Below, one piece after another: positions 1-35,100 of a stretch of 64,000 nt of DNA. A model generated the notes under the pieces. That model was not told where the DNA came from. It searched no databases and worked only from the letters and a program-made list of their open reading frames with translations. The DNA lies in the NCBI GenBank assembly GCA_963693365.1, contig CAVNZM010000001.1, forward strand, positions 15,176,418-15,240,417. The letters are read 5' to 3'. Every line of letters starts with the position of its first letter. The stretch's first letter is position 1. A program made the translations under genes and the position numbers. The DNA comes from Amoebidium appalachense. Its lineage: Eukaryota; Protista; Ichthyosporea.

Positions 1-599
1 TTGTATGTGTGTGTGTGTGTTTGGGTGGGTTGGTGGGTTGGGGAGCATGTGGGTGGGTGAGTGTGGGTGGGTGGAAAAGGGGATGGGTGTGCACGGCGTG
101 CAGACTACAGCAAGTGTGTGAGCGCGTCCGTGTGTGCCGTACACACATGGGGTGGGCCGGTGTGTGTGTTTGGGGGGAGGGGAGGGGGGGAGAGAGAGAG
201 AGAGAAGGGGAGAGAGCGAATGTGTGTTTGCACACAGGCGCACGTGTGGAAGGTGCTTGATCATGCGCGTGTACGTGTCTTTGTGTGTATGCTTTGTATG
301 TGCACGTGTTTTGTATATGCTGTGTGTGTTTGTGCGCATGAATGGGCAGTGCTGGATTCATGTGTCAATGCCGGTGAGTGTTCGGGTAGTGGCGGGTGGG
401 CAGGGGAGCGTTGTTGTTTGCCTGCCTCCCTGGAATCCTACCTGCATGCCTGTGTGCTTAAATGGCTTGTGGGCATATATGATTGCTTGCATGTTGGCTT
501 GTACTCGTTGCATTCTTATCCGTCGAAGTCATCCCTTCACTATAAACCATGAGAAACAATAGTATTGTTAGCTAGCTGATATGTTCTTTTTCCTCCTAG

Positions 600-22338
<21,739 letters not shown>

Positions 22339-23311
22339 GAGATCCACGGGATGTTCGAGTAGTATCTGGTCGTTTCCGATTGCATCTGATCATTGCCGAT
22401 TGTATGTGATCGCCGCCGATTACATGAGGTTGCCGGCCTGCCCATAACGAAACCTGTCTATAGGTCTGCTGCTGCAGTTTCATGTGCCGTCTATTTATTT
22501 CAATTGACATGGGATTTGTATATATGTATTTCTTTCTTTCTTTCCTCTTTTGACCCGCACGTGTGAGTCTGACACTGTTGTGTGCATCATATGATTAAAG
22601 AGGTGGGGAGGGGGGAAGGGTTTGTGTGTGTGTGTGTTTGGGTGGGGGGGGGGGGGGGATTGGATTGGCAAGGATCCACCTTTGTTATTTATCCTGCTCA
22701 TATATGTTGCGGTATAGATTGACTTGCTGGCTAACCGTTAGTTCAGACGTTACAAAAAATTGTGACATGGTTGGTATAAGCAGAATTGAGTAGATCATTT
22801 GGTCTGTCATACAGCTCGATAAGGAGATACCTTGGGGACTTTCGAAAATCACGGTGTAAGGCTATAAACAACTGTGTTTTGTATTTATCTTGTTCTGAAG
22901 GATCGGAAGTATATTTAATAGTTTGTTTTGGGTACAACCTGTTCAACCAGAAAGCTCAGTACCCGTAATGTTGAATTAATTGCTCTTGGCCTTAAATATG
23001 TGGTATTTGGCACCATTTGCACGTGTTTATTTCCATACTTGGCAAAGGGTGGGCATGAATCCCTTCCATTTTTGTCACGGTCAAGACATAGATTTTTTTT
23101 TCTCCCTGTATTGCATCAATTTGAAGCCAAGGGCCATAAAATCATTGACCAATAAACTTAAATCGAGTTCAAACCGTGCTTTGTTTGTTTGTTTGTTTGT
23201 TTCGTTTGTTTGTTTGTTTGTTTGTTTGTTTTGTTTTCTTTGTTTGTTTTTTTTGAGTGGGCGGGCGGGTGGGTGGGTGGTGGTTGCGGTGGGGTTTGGG
23301 GGTGTGTGTGT

Positions 23312-23352
<41 letters not shown>

Positions 23353-23371
23353 TTGCATATTGTCGTGAGGA

Positions 23372-23408
<37 letters not shown>

Positions 23409-23411
23409 ACG

Positions 23412-23447
<36 letters not shown>

Positions 23448-23463
23448 CGTGCGTGTGTGTCAC

Positions 23464-23529
<66 letters not shown>

Positions 23530-23834
23530 ACGGTGTGTGTGCAATGAGGGGTGGGGTTGGTGGTGGTGGCGGCGGTGGTGATGGGGGGGGGGGGGGGGGG
23601 GGGGAGGGGGGGGGGGGAGAGGGGAGGGGGCCAGGGGCTTGGGCAATTTTGTATTTGGCGTGAACGTGTTGGGAAACGGGGTGGTGAATGATTGAGGAAG
23701 TGGCAGAGGGTGGTGGTGGGCAAAGTTGCACGCTTGGTAGTGGTGGTGGTGGGCGGGCAGGTGGATGGCCAGGTGGGCATGATGTGTGCATACGTGTGTT
23801 TGCGTGTGTGTGTGGTGGTGGTGGTGGTGGTGGT

Positions 23835-23876
<42 letters not shown>

Positions 23877-24325
23877 GGGAGCAACAACACCTGTGTTTTT
23901 ATCATCAGTGCCGAGCTTATCATGGTTGTATGTATTTCAGTTCCATGTCTTGTTCAGCAAGTCATGATAACCTGGGCATGGTTTGTGGAGGAACCACTGC
24001 GGCGGCATATCAATACTAGTAAATGGAAGTAGCCGGTCTTGCTCTACCGTCAGTGCCAGCAGAAAAGTATATTAGAACCTGGGGCTCCGATTACAGGCTG
24101 CATCATGATTCATGACATGATGCCCATCTGTTTAGTATTTCGGGTCATTTATGGAAACTGCGTACACACACTCCTATCGAATCATGTTGTACAGTAAATT
24201 TAAACGATTTTAATGCAAGTCCCTTAAACTTTTCTTGAATCTTAGCACCACATCACGTGCTACGCGCATCTGTAGCCCATGCCTTGTCGTTCAGTATTAA
24301 ACGATGATGATAGACATTGATGGTG

Positions 24326-25305
24326 ATACTAGCGCTGCGATACTATTATTAGCTGCGATACTAGCTGCGATACTATTATTAGCTGTGATACTAGCTGCGA
24401 TACTAGCTGCGATACTAGCTGCGATACTAGCTGCGATACTATTACTAGCTGCGATACTAGCTGCGATACTATTACTAGCTGCGATACTAGCTGCGATAAG
24501 CGGGGGCCCCACCACATCGGCTGAGTCAACTTGCTCCGAGCAGAATTATTCTGCAAAATTTAGCAGAATTATTCTGCAAGCAGAGTTCTGTTTTTAGCTG
24601 AATTATTCAGCAAGAGCAGAAATATTCTGGAAAAGCAGCATTATTGGCTGCTAAGAGCAGAATTATTCTGCAAACAGCAAAATATTCTACTGAAATTAAA
24701 GCAGGATTATTCTGCTAAAAGCAAAATTATTCTGTGTCGAAAGCAAACAATTCTACTTTTTGTGGATCAATATATTGCTAAAAGCAGAATAATTCTGCTT
24801 TTGCAGAAAAATTCTCCTTTTTGCAAGTTGACTCATCAGCCGACACCGGGTTGGGGCCACTAGCTGTGATACTAGCTGCAATGCCAGCTGTGATACTAGC
24901 TGCGATACATACTCGCTGCAATAGCTGCGATACTAGCTGTGATACTAGTTGCGATACTAGCTGCGATGCTAGCTGCGATACTAGCTGCGATCCTAGCTGC
25001 GATACTAGCTGCGATACTAGCCGCTGCAAAACTAACTGCGATACTAGCTGCGATACTAGCTGCGATACTAGCTGCGATACTGCGCTTTGGTACTAGCTAT
25101 GATGTGTACTGTAATACAGCTGTGCCGAAGGCTACTGTGCACGTGATGTGCTATTTAGAACTGAGGTACTAGTACTAGCTGTGCACGTGGTGGCGGCTGT
25201 GATACTAGAAGTTATACTAGCTCGGATACTGGTTGTGATACTAATATTAGCTGTGATACTGGCTGTGTACTGGCTGTGATACTAGCTGGGATACGTACTG
25301 TGATG
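24326..25305. repeat. 12-bp satellite (ACTAGCTGCGAT)n, degenerating rightward
   Basis: Two blocks, ~24326-24498 and ~24859-25305, split by a fold-back element. Confidence 0.95.
24503..24858. mobile_element. Fold-back MITE-like element inserted in the 12-bp satellite
   Basis: Inverted ends GGCCCCACCACATCGGCTGAGTCAACTTGC / GCAAGTTGACTCATCAGCCGACACCGGGTTGGGGCC; internal array of near-palindromic GCAGAATTATTCTGC variants. Confidence 0.7.
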
Positions 25306-25517
25306 CATAATTATTTAGATTCTTTCTAAAAAATTGGCCCTACCTATTGAATATGTGTACCTGTAGGTCGATCATGCTGATGCCCTGCGGACCCTGTTCC
25401 TTTCACTGAGACTCGAACATTCCGCTCATCACACATATGGATGATGCACGGTGATTACAGTGGAGCACACCGACCGTGGCAATCATGATGGTGATGATGC
25501 TTGAAGCGAGCTAGGCT

Positions 25518-25551
25518 TATAAAGGCCGCTGGCATCAGCACTGTAGTCAGT
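25518..25551 (+). promoter_or_regulatory. TATA box plus Inr-like element
   Basis: TATAAA at 25518-25523 and TCAGT at 25547-25551 (~30 nt spacing), upstream of the orphan ORF. Confidence 0.55.
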
Positions 25552-25661
25552 GACTGCAGTCTACAACCAACAACTGCAACTTCTCAGCCTACCTACAGTA
25601 CTAGCAGCTGCTGACTTAAAGCCGTCATGTCAGCACCATCCGTTGTGCTTGTGACCCAGCC

Positions 25662-27176
25662 GTGTCTATGGCCATGGGTGACCAGTTTTTCTCAGTGGGG
25701 CAGGATCTGCAGCTGGCCGTCTTCACCGAAAACACACCCGGCCAGGGTACCACTCTGATGGATAATCTTGTCACTGCACCGTGGCATGTGTCTGGAAGTG
25801 GTGAACAGGACCACAACATCTCTACTGTAACAGCCGCCGCGGCGCTGACTCAGACACAAGTCTATGTCGGACTCCCGGGCCCTGCAGTACAGTGCGCCCC
25901 TCCCAATCCCCTGGTAATCGAGGGTATGCCTGTGGGAGAACATGTTGTGTGGATCTCGAGCTCGCTGCTCTCGCCCGACACTGCTAAGCTGCAACTGCAT
26001 GGGCCTTTTCCCAGAGAGGCCATCAGTGGAGTCACCAACGGTTGCGTGCTGCGCCTTTCAGCCGACGACTGCCAGAGGATTTCTCTTTCAGAATTAATAC
26101 TTCAACTTCTCACCGGCGCAACACCAATGTCTGTTCCAATGGCCATGGGGGTGGGCACTGACATGACACTGAGTGTGGGTAACCCTTCACCGATGCCTCA
26201 TGATCACCTGTCGGTTTCATCTTCTACCTCAGGTTTCTTTACTTCTCCACTGGAAAGTGTGTGTGTCCCCGTCTCACAGCCTGAGCGTGGTCTTGACCTC
26301 GCCCTGGACCTCAACCTCGACCTCGACCTAAGTTTGCTGGATGGTTTTTCAGGGGTCGACAATAATATAAACGAAATTAGCAACGACACACGTTTTAACC
26401 CGGTGCCAGGCCCCCCACTGGCGGCCGACATCAACAGCGCCTTCGGATTCGACAGCTTCTCATTCAACGAAACCCCTCAGGCTGCCGTTAACATGGACGT
26501 CGACTTACTCGGCCTCCTGGCCATGGATGCCATCGACAACGTCAGCCCGTCAATGAACGACATGTACACAACAGGGCCCACACCTACCCTCGAGCTCCCA
26601 GTAGATGGCGTCACCTCTACCACCCTCGGGTTAGACAGCCTCTGCAACGTCGAGTCTACACCTACCGTCAACTCGGACTCAAGTTTGCTGGATGATATTC
26701 TTGACAAAATCAACAACGGCACGGCAACCGTCACTCCTATACTCCCTGCAGCTGAACACATGTACACCACCGCCTTCGACTACAGCCTCTTCGTCAATGA
26801 ACCTCTGGCCCCTGCCACCAACTTGCCAGAACCTGGTTTAGCTGCCTTGCCCATAAGTGCTGCAAAGGAAACCACCGGTCTCAAGCCCTCCCGTAAACCG
26901 GCCACCAAGAGCGCAAAGAAAACCGAAAACGTAGTTGCGGAAACCGGAGAACTTGACGGAGCTGGTGTGTTAGAAGGTGTTGGGAAAGGAGGAAGGATTC
27001 TCATGCAAACGCCACGTGCAATCGCATCCCGGAAGTATCGCCAAAGGAAGAAAGGAGAGGGAGTCCCAGCTGATCGCTCAAGTCTGGATGCTGACTCGGT
27101 CCCGGGACGAGCTTATGTAATGCCGATGTTTGAAGTGCATGACTTAGTTGCACTATGGAGGTACTATAGGCCCTGA
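25662..27176 (+). CDS. Intronless orphan protein, acidic/Ser-Thr-Pro-rich, with a C-terminal bZIP-like basic region and no zipper
   Basis: 504-codon non-repetitive ORF (first in-frame ATG at 25668; an upstream ATG at 25627 is 1 nt out of frame). Motif PRAIASRKYRQRKK resembles bZIP basic regions. Confidence 0.6.
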   Translation: MSMAMGDQFFSVGQDLQLAVFTENTPGQGTTLMDNLVTAPWHVSGSGEQDHNISTVTAAAALTQTQVYVGLPGPAVQCAPPNPLVIEGMPVGEHVVWISSSLLSPDTAKLQLHGPFPREAISGVTNGCVLRLSADDCQRISLSELILQLLTGATPMSVPMAMGVGTDMTLSVGNPSPMPHDHLSVSSSTSGFFTSPLESVCVPVSQPERGLDLALDLNLDLDLSLLDGFSGVDNNINEISNDTRFNPVPGPPLAADINSAFGFDSFSFNETPQAAVNMDVDLLGLLAMDAIDNVSPSMNDMYTTGPTPTLELPVDGVTSTTLGLDSLCNVESTPTVNSDSSLLDDILDKINNGTATVTPILPAAEHMYTTAFDYSLFVNEPLAPATNLPEPGLAALPISAAKETTGLKPSRKPATKSAKKTENVVAETGELDGAGVLEGVGKGGRILMQTPRAIASRKYRQRKKGEGVPADRSSLDADSVPGRAYVMPMFEVHDLVALWRYYRP

Positions 27177-27687
27177 GAGATTTAGGAAATCATCGGCAAG
27201 GACTACTATCTATGACTAATGTTATCGATTGCCGCTTTTGTTGCAAGTATTCGGTCATTTTAGGTTTTCATGTCACACAACATTTGAGTGGTGTTATGCT
27301 TCACAGTAATTGTGTCAACATTTCGATTATGTACCATTGCCGCCACCATCTGGCTTTTGTTGGCACATAAAACATATCGGACTTCAAAGTCAAATGGCCA
27401 GCTTCAACCTTGAAATCACTTCGCCCGAGCACTAAGCTCTAAGCCGTCCATTCTACGCCTCAGTAGCCAAAATCGTTCTTAGAATTTTATGTGACGTCGA
27501 AAGCTTCAGGGACTTACACCGTCACTTTTATGATTTTAGATTTGGCAACGTTTATAAGCTGAATGCCGCTAAATCGTAGAAATTAGGATATCTCTACTGT
27601 CACCGGGGAAGCCTTGGAAGTACAGTTTAGGTGAAGCTCTTTCAAAAATAGAATACCATGATCCTTGCGTGAGATGCCGGTGTTGCC

Positions 27688-27769
<82 letters not shown>

Positions 27770-28064
27770 AGGCTCCTCCAGGGTGGGTGGGTAATTATGA
27801 GAAGGGTGGTGTGGTGTGTGTGTTGGGGGGGGGGGGGAGGGGGGGGGGGAGGGCTTTTCGAGGTTTGAGAGGGACAGGGGGGAGGGGGGAGGAGGGGGGG
27901 GGGGGGGGGGGGGGGTTGGTTGGCTGGGTACTAGGGAAATAGGGGACTTTTCGAGAGCTTAAAGTTCGCTGGTGGTGTGCGCATACCTGTTCAAAATTTG
28001 CACTAAAGACGTTAATAACAACCACAAAAAGCAAGGGCGGGTTTTGCCCTACATACTGAAAAAA

Positions 28065-28990
<926 letters not shown>

Positions 28991-29159
28991 GAGTACTAAG
29001 TATCGAGCAGATCCCTCCCTTATTAAGCTTCGACCCCCTCCTCCCCCATAGTATGTACATACCCTGAAAAATGCTGATCATGCCAGTAAACCCCACAGTC
29101 GCACCATGTCCGGCTCCCGATCACATCAAAACCACATGTAATCGGTGATTAGGCTGCAT

Positions 29160-29235
29160 GATTCTGCCAATTCCGCATTAAGTCAACCAATAGGCACATT
29201 AGACCGCACCAGAACCCATAGAGATGGCCAATCAG
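29160..29235 (+). promoter_or_regulatory. CCAAT cluster in the LINE 5' UTR (putative internal promoter)
   Basis: CCAAT at 29167, 29187 and 29228, within 140 nt of the element 5' end. Confidence 0.4.
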
Positions 29236-29730
29236 AGTAGACATTCCGCGCATTTTTGTCAGGTTAAAAATTTAAGTAGCACAGGTCGCCACGAAAACTG
29301 GTCGGAAACACGTGAAAACGTGTTTTCTAGCTCCTCTAGTCCAACGGAGAACTCCTAGCACACCTAACAGCCGGACCCAGAAAAACTCAAGCGGATAGAG
29401 GTACACGTTAGCTACAGGGGACACTAAAACTGAAGCCGTCCCCGTAGGCCGGCGGGCACGGGAGTTACGCGCCGGAAAGGAGCCCCCCCTTTTTTTCCCT
29501 GCACTTGACACAAAACCAACGTTTCCTCTTTCAGTGGTAGTGACCTTTGTCTGGGGGGAAAAACATTAACGGCACAGAATTCACACACACAGTAGCAGAG
29601 TAGAACGCGCACAGAGTAGCCGTATCCACAGATACCAGCATCCTGCACTCACTGCCTTTTCGCACACACAAAGTCAACAACCATCTAGCAAATAAACGCT
29701 ACCCAAAACATAGCTGCACCCACCCCTACC

Positions 29731-32195
29731 ATGGAAAACCACATGGAGCTAGACGGGGACACGTCCCTCACTGCAATATCCACCTTAAACCCACCCACAC
29801 CCAATCACACGGATAGGGCAACCGAGTCGGTAGAAACCACACAACCGATGGGGGAAAGCATGGGGGTGGGAGCGAACCCTCATCATCCCCCGGGCTCTGG
29901 AGGAAACGAGCGCTTGTCGGGCAAAAGAGGAAAGGAGGAAACAGAGGAGATGGAGAGGTCTACCTCACGCAGGACGGACTATGCCATACCAGGTAAAACT
30001 AACGCCCCCACCCTTTCCATACTGTGTCCCCTGCCAGCAGACGACGGACACTCTGAAGCGGGCTGGTTGGCTCGGGTGTATGACTTCGTCAGCACCCAGA
30101 ACCTAGCAAACAGGTACCTGGTGCACAACCGAAACCAACGGGGCATAGAGATCAGGGTAGGCACAGAAGCAGAGTGGGAGGCACTAGTCACAGCACTGGT
30201 GGGGGAGGGCATTTTACCTGCCCCCCCACCCCACCCCTCCATCCGCCCGAACCCCACACGGTACATGGTCCTAATCCCGAATAGAACGGTAGAAACGTGC
30301 AATTTTCCGAGGATAGGACGAGCAAGTGACGTGGCAACCGTGCTATATGCCATAGACCTTCACCCAGTGACCGTAACCTGGCTCCCCCCAAACCCCAACT
30401 TCCGTATCGCCAGGGAGCACTGGGCGTATGAGGGTAATTATGAGGTGGTTTTTCCTGACAACGAACACCATAGGAAACGCATAATAAATCTCCGAGAACA
30501 CTTTAGGGTCAACCGGACCTCTCTAGTGGAGGAAACATACATGACGGCGGCCCCTGCAATGCACAGGCACCGGGCCTGGGCTATCACCACACCCGGCTTA
30601 AACGAGGACACACGCCTCCCCCATCTCGAGGGGTACGATCATCGCCTCTATGAGAACACCAACCCCACCCCCCGTGTGGTGGACACCCCTCCCGAGTGGC
30701 CCCAGGCCCGACCCTTTCCGACACAGGAGGGGGGGGGGAGGAGTCAGAGGCAGTTCTGTTGCTAATCCCCATCCCACAGTCTCACATGTGTGGGTTGTGT
30801 TGGGATCAATCCCACAAACTAACAGACACAGAGTGCCCGTTTGTTCAGTGCCTAACCTGTCGGGAGGTGGGGCACGAACCGGATGAGTGCCCCAAAAACC
30901 GCACCAGCTGTCCGTACTGTAACCGGCCGTTACACGTACACGGAAACCCCAGTAACCCCATCGCCACATGCCTGCAACGCCGCCGAAACTGCGGTAACTG
31001 TGGGGAACTGGGCCACCCCGCATATAAATGCCAACGGAAACCCCTTTTCGCACCGGGTATTATCGTGTTGGTGGGCTTGAGTAGTCTAGACCCACCTGAC
31101 GACTCTTTCTTCGCCACCGTGATTGAGTGGCGGGACTATGTACACGTCCAGGACCAGGCACTCCGCCAGGCACTCACGTACTCCGGCCTTGGCCCCCCCG
31201 GGGAGGGGGCCACCCGGGAGGGTAGAGCCGGCAGAGCCCCAGAGGTGAATAAGTGTAGGGTCACAGGGCACCACTTCATCACCATGCCCATCCCCGTAAG
31301 CCACACGGACTACCCATACCTCCGGGACCACCCGGAGGGAATACTTCTGTCGTTTAATACCGGGGCACCAAGCCCCCGCGAATACACAGTACGTGCCCGC
31401 CTCACCACCGTGGACAGGGCGACCGTGCTCCTCGACCACCCGCGGCTAGGGCAGAGCACACATCCCACAGACAACACACCACCACTCGAGGCCCCAGACG
31501 AAGACGACCAATCATTGGCCTCCGCGCCGTCGCACCAGCCCTACCAGGCCCCGTCCCCACCTCCGCCGGTGTCGCCCACAGGGGACCCCGTGGCGGACCT
31601 GACGGCTCGAGTAAACCGGCTCGAACTACAGTTGGCCAGCCAGGGGGCCACCATACACAACGTGCACCGTGAGGTGCAGGATACGACTGCCCAGCTGAGG
31701 GGTATGGAGCAGTCGATGGTTAGCATGCTCGAACGGCTAGGGGACCGCCTTGCCCTCACACTGGAAGCCCGTTTGGACGGGGCTAGGGGGGGGGGGAGGG
31801 GGGAGGGGGGAGAGCACTCCACCCCAGAGACCCGAGACCCCCAAGCCACCGAGCCATTGAGGCCCACAGAGGCACAACACCCCAACAGCGGCGCCCCCCC
31901 CAACCAAGGCGGGGGCCCCCAGGGGCCCCCTCACAACGCCAACCCACACAGCCCACACGCCCATCCACACCACACAGGTCCTCGGTTAACTCGACACGGG
32001 GAACTGACCAAGGTGCCCGTCCCCCATCGCATGGGGACGGGCAGGCATAATGCCGACCCCATCCCCCCCGCCCGGACACCCGGCGCCGGCAAAGGGGGTA
32101 GCGCCCGACACCACACAAACACTCGGCACGGCGCAAAGTCCGGGTCCAGAGGCCACAGACATGATCCACCAGAACACAGCCCTGGAAGCACTTGA
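29731..32195 (+). CDS. LINE ORF1, gag-like nucleic-acid-binding protein (frameshift in G-run at ~30730)
   Basis: Knuckles CGLCWDQSHKLTDTEC, CLTCREVGHEPDEC, CPYCNRPLH...C, CGNCGELGHPAYKC; coiled-coil-like VADLTARVNRLELQL; joins ORFs 29731-30765 and 30696-32195. Confidence 0.85.
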
Positions 32196-35100
32196 AGGGG
32201 AGCTAGTCTCGCCCATCAACCACGTAAATTTACCACCAGCCAAACCACACAGCCACCTTCGGATTGGAACTTTAAACCTGGCCGGACCTACCACTCGTAC
32301 CGGCCAGGACAAGATCGTCGAGGCAGCCAGGTGGGCTGCCTTTGCAGACATGGACGTAGTCATTCTGACGGAGACCGGGACCACCCCGGGCTCCTACACA
32401 CGCACAAAGTTTTCCATTCGAAACGAAGGTATCCCCATGCGTGCCACGTATGTATGCCCACCAGCCACCACCACTGGACACACACACACAACACTCTCTG
32501 CCTCAGAGGCCGGTATCCCGGTGGCAGAGAGCTCGTCCAATGACCAAACCACACCGTCACTAGCCCAGGAGGAAACACGATTCCGCTACACGGGGGTGGT
32601 GATACTTACAAACGAAACGTGGTTTAGACACCAAGGAAAACCACATAGCAAAGATGCACGAATGCTAGCTATTCCATATCACACAAAACGGCACACAACG
32701 TGGGTGATAGGACTTTATCAACACACGAATGCAACACAGGGAAACGTCAGACAGGCCCGTCGACTGAGTCACAGGTAGCCAGATTTCTCACCTCCCTCCC
32801 GGCCCCCAACGACACCACTGTCATCGTGGCCGGGGATTTCAACGAGGTGTGCCACCCTACTCTGGACAGGGCACGGCCCGAAACCGGCCCCAGTTCAGCA
32901 CAGGCAATGCCCACAGGACTCGTGCCCGGGCTGCTCCATGAGCTGATGGACGCCCATCTACTCATAGACAGCTACCGAGCCGAACACCCCACCACCAGGG
33001 AATATACGTACCACAGCGGTCCCCACCGCTCACGCATCGACTACGTATACATCCCGGCGGCGTTACGCCCGGCACTGGTCTCAGCCTCCGTCACGGAATT
33101 ACCGGATCTTCACACCGACCACCACCTGGCCTGGTGCGAAACTGGGCCCCATCCTAACCTGCCGGGCCAGGGACCAGGGCCAACCCGAAACCAACCCACA
33201 CCGAGACTCCAGCTGAAACCGAACACCACACAGGAGGACTGGGCACGTTTTACCACCGGCACGGAGGCAGCCTTCACGTCCCCCCCAACCACCACCCCTA
33301 CCCAGGCGGAGGTGGAAGGGAGATGGGAGTACATGGCCGCCACCATTCTCTCGGTGGCAAAAACCACAGTGGGCCGGACCAAGAGCAAACCAGAGAAGTC
33401 CACGTCAAAACCGACGAAGGTCTTCCCGGAGGACAACGAGCACGCGGAGCTACACCGGCTCCTCAATGCAACGGACCGGGCGGCAAATCCACAGGGTTTC
33501 TGGGAGAGGGCCAAGGAGCTGGCCGTCCAATATGGCTGGCCAGCACCCCCTCCCCCTCCGGAGCCCCCCCCCACCGGTACCCCCAACAAGCAGTCCCATC
33601 ATCCCACTGTACACAGCCGACCCCAACAACCCCCCGGGCATCCCCCCCACCCCCCAGGACACCCCCCCCTCCCCCCCAGGCACACCCGTCCCAGACGGGG
33701 TGGTATCAGGAGGAGGGGGACCCCGGATCCACCCAGCAGCACCAACCCACACCCACTTTGCTGCACCAGCCTGCCGCTGGCCCAGCAGGCAGCCCCAACA
33801 GGCAGGCCCAGCATGGGCCACCCAGTCGACAGCACCAACAGGAGCCACCAAGCCAGCAGCAGCAGCCTCAGGCTGAAGCCCCTGCCGGTAGCCCACAACG
33901 GCAGCCACAGCAGGGGCCACCCAGCCTGCAGGCCCTGCATGGGCCACCTAGCCAGCAGCAACCGATCACACCTACACTGCAGCAGCTGCCTGCAGCAGCA
34001 GATTGCAGCCCCGGCCGGCCGGCCCAGCACGGGCCACCCAGCTGACAGCACCAACAGGAGCCACCAAGCCAGCAGCAGCAGCCGCAGGCTGCAGCCCCAG
34101 CAGGCAGCCCACACCGGCAGCCACAGCAGGGGCCACCCAGCCTGCAGGCCCTGCCAGGGCCACCCAGCCAGCAACAACCGACCACACCCACACTGCAGCA
34201 GCCGCCTGCAGCAGCAGCGTGCAGCCCCGGCCGGCAGGCCCAGCACGGGCCACCCAACCAACAGGAGCCACCCAGCCAGCAGCAGCAGCCTCAGGCTGTA
34301 GCCCCAGCAGGCAGCCCACACCGGCAGCCACAGCAGGGGCCACCCAGCCTGCAGGCCCTGCCAGGGTCACCCAGCCAGCAGCAACCGACCACACCCACAA
34401 TGCAGCGGCGGCCTACAGTAGCAGATTGCAGCTCCGGCCGGCCGGCCCAGCACGAGCCACCCAGCCAACAGCACGAACAGGAGCCACCAAGCCAGCAGCA
34501 GCAGCCGCAGGCTGCAGACCCTGCCGGCAGCCCACACCGGCAGCCACAGCAGGGGCCACCCAGCCTGCAGGCCCTGCCAGAGCCACCCAACCAGCAGCAA
34601 CCGACCCCACCCACACTGCAGCAGCTGCCTGCAGCAGCAGTTTGCAGCCCCGGCCGGCCGGCCCAGCACGGGCCACCCAGCCGACAGTACCAACAGGAGC
34701 CACCACGCCAGCAGCAGCAGCCTCAGGTTGCAGCCCTAGCAGGCAGCCCACACCGGCAGCCACCGCAGGGGCCACCCAGCCTGCAGGGCCTGCATGGGCC
34801 ACCCGGCCAGCAGCAACAAACCACACCCACCCGGCAGCAACTGCCTGCAGCAGCAGATTGCAGCCCCACCCAGCAGCACCAACCCACACCCACTTTGCTG
34901 CATCGGCCTGCCGCTGCCCCAGCAGGCAGCCCCGGCCGGCAGGACCAGCATGGGCCACCCAGTCGCCAGCACCAACAGGAGCCACCAAGCCAGCAACAGC
35001 AGCCTCAGGCTGCAGCCCCCGCCAGCAGCCCACAACAGGGGCCACCCAGCCTGAAGGCCCTGCATGGGCCACCCAGCCAGCAGCAACCGATCACATCTAC

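Noticed and set aside
22740-23160. Short AT-rich ORFs as a transposase remnant
   Set aside because: No recognisable motif or terminal structure.
24297-25172. Hydrophobic LAAI-repeat and SCDT-repeat ORFs; palindromic repeats as CRISPR
   Set aside because: Translations of a 12-bp satellite; palindromes are separated by short, similar linkers.
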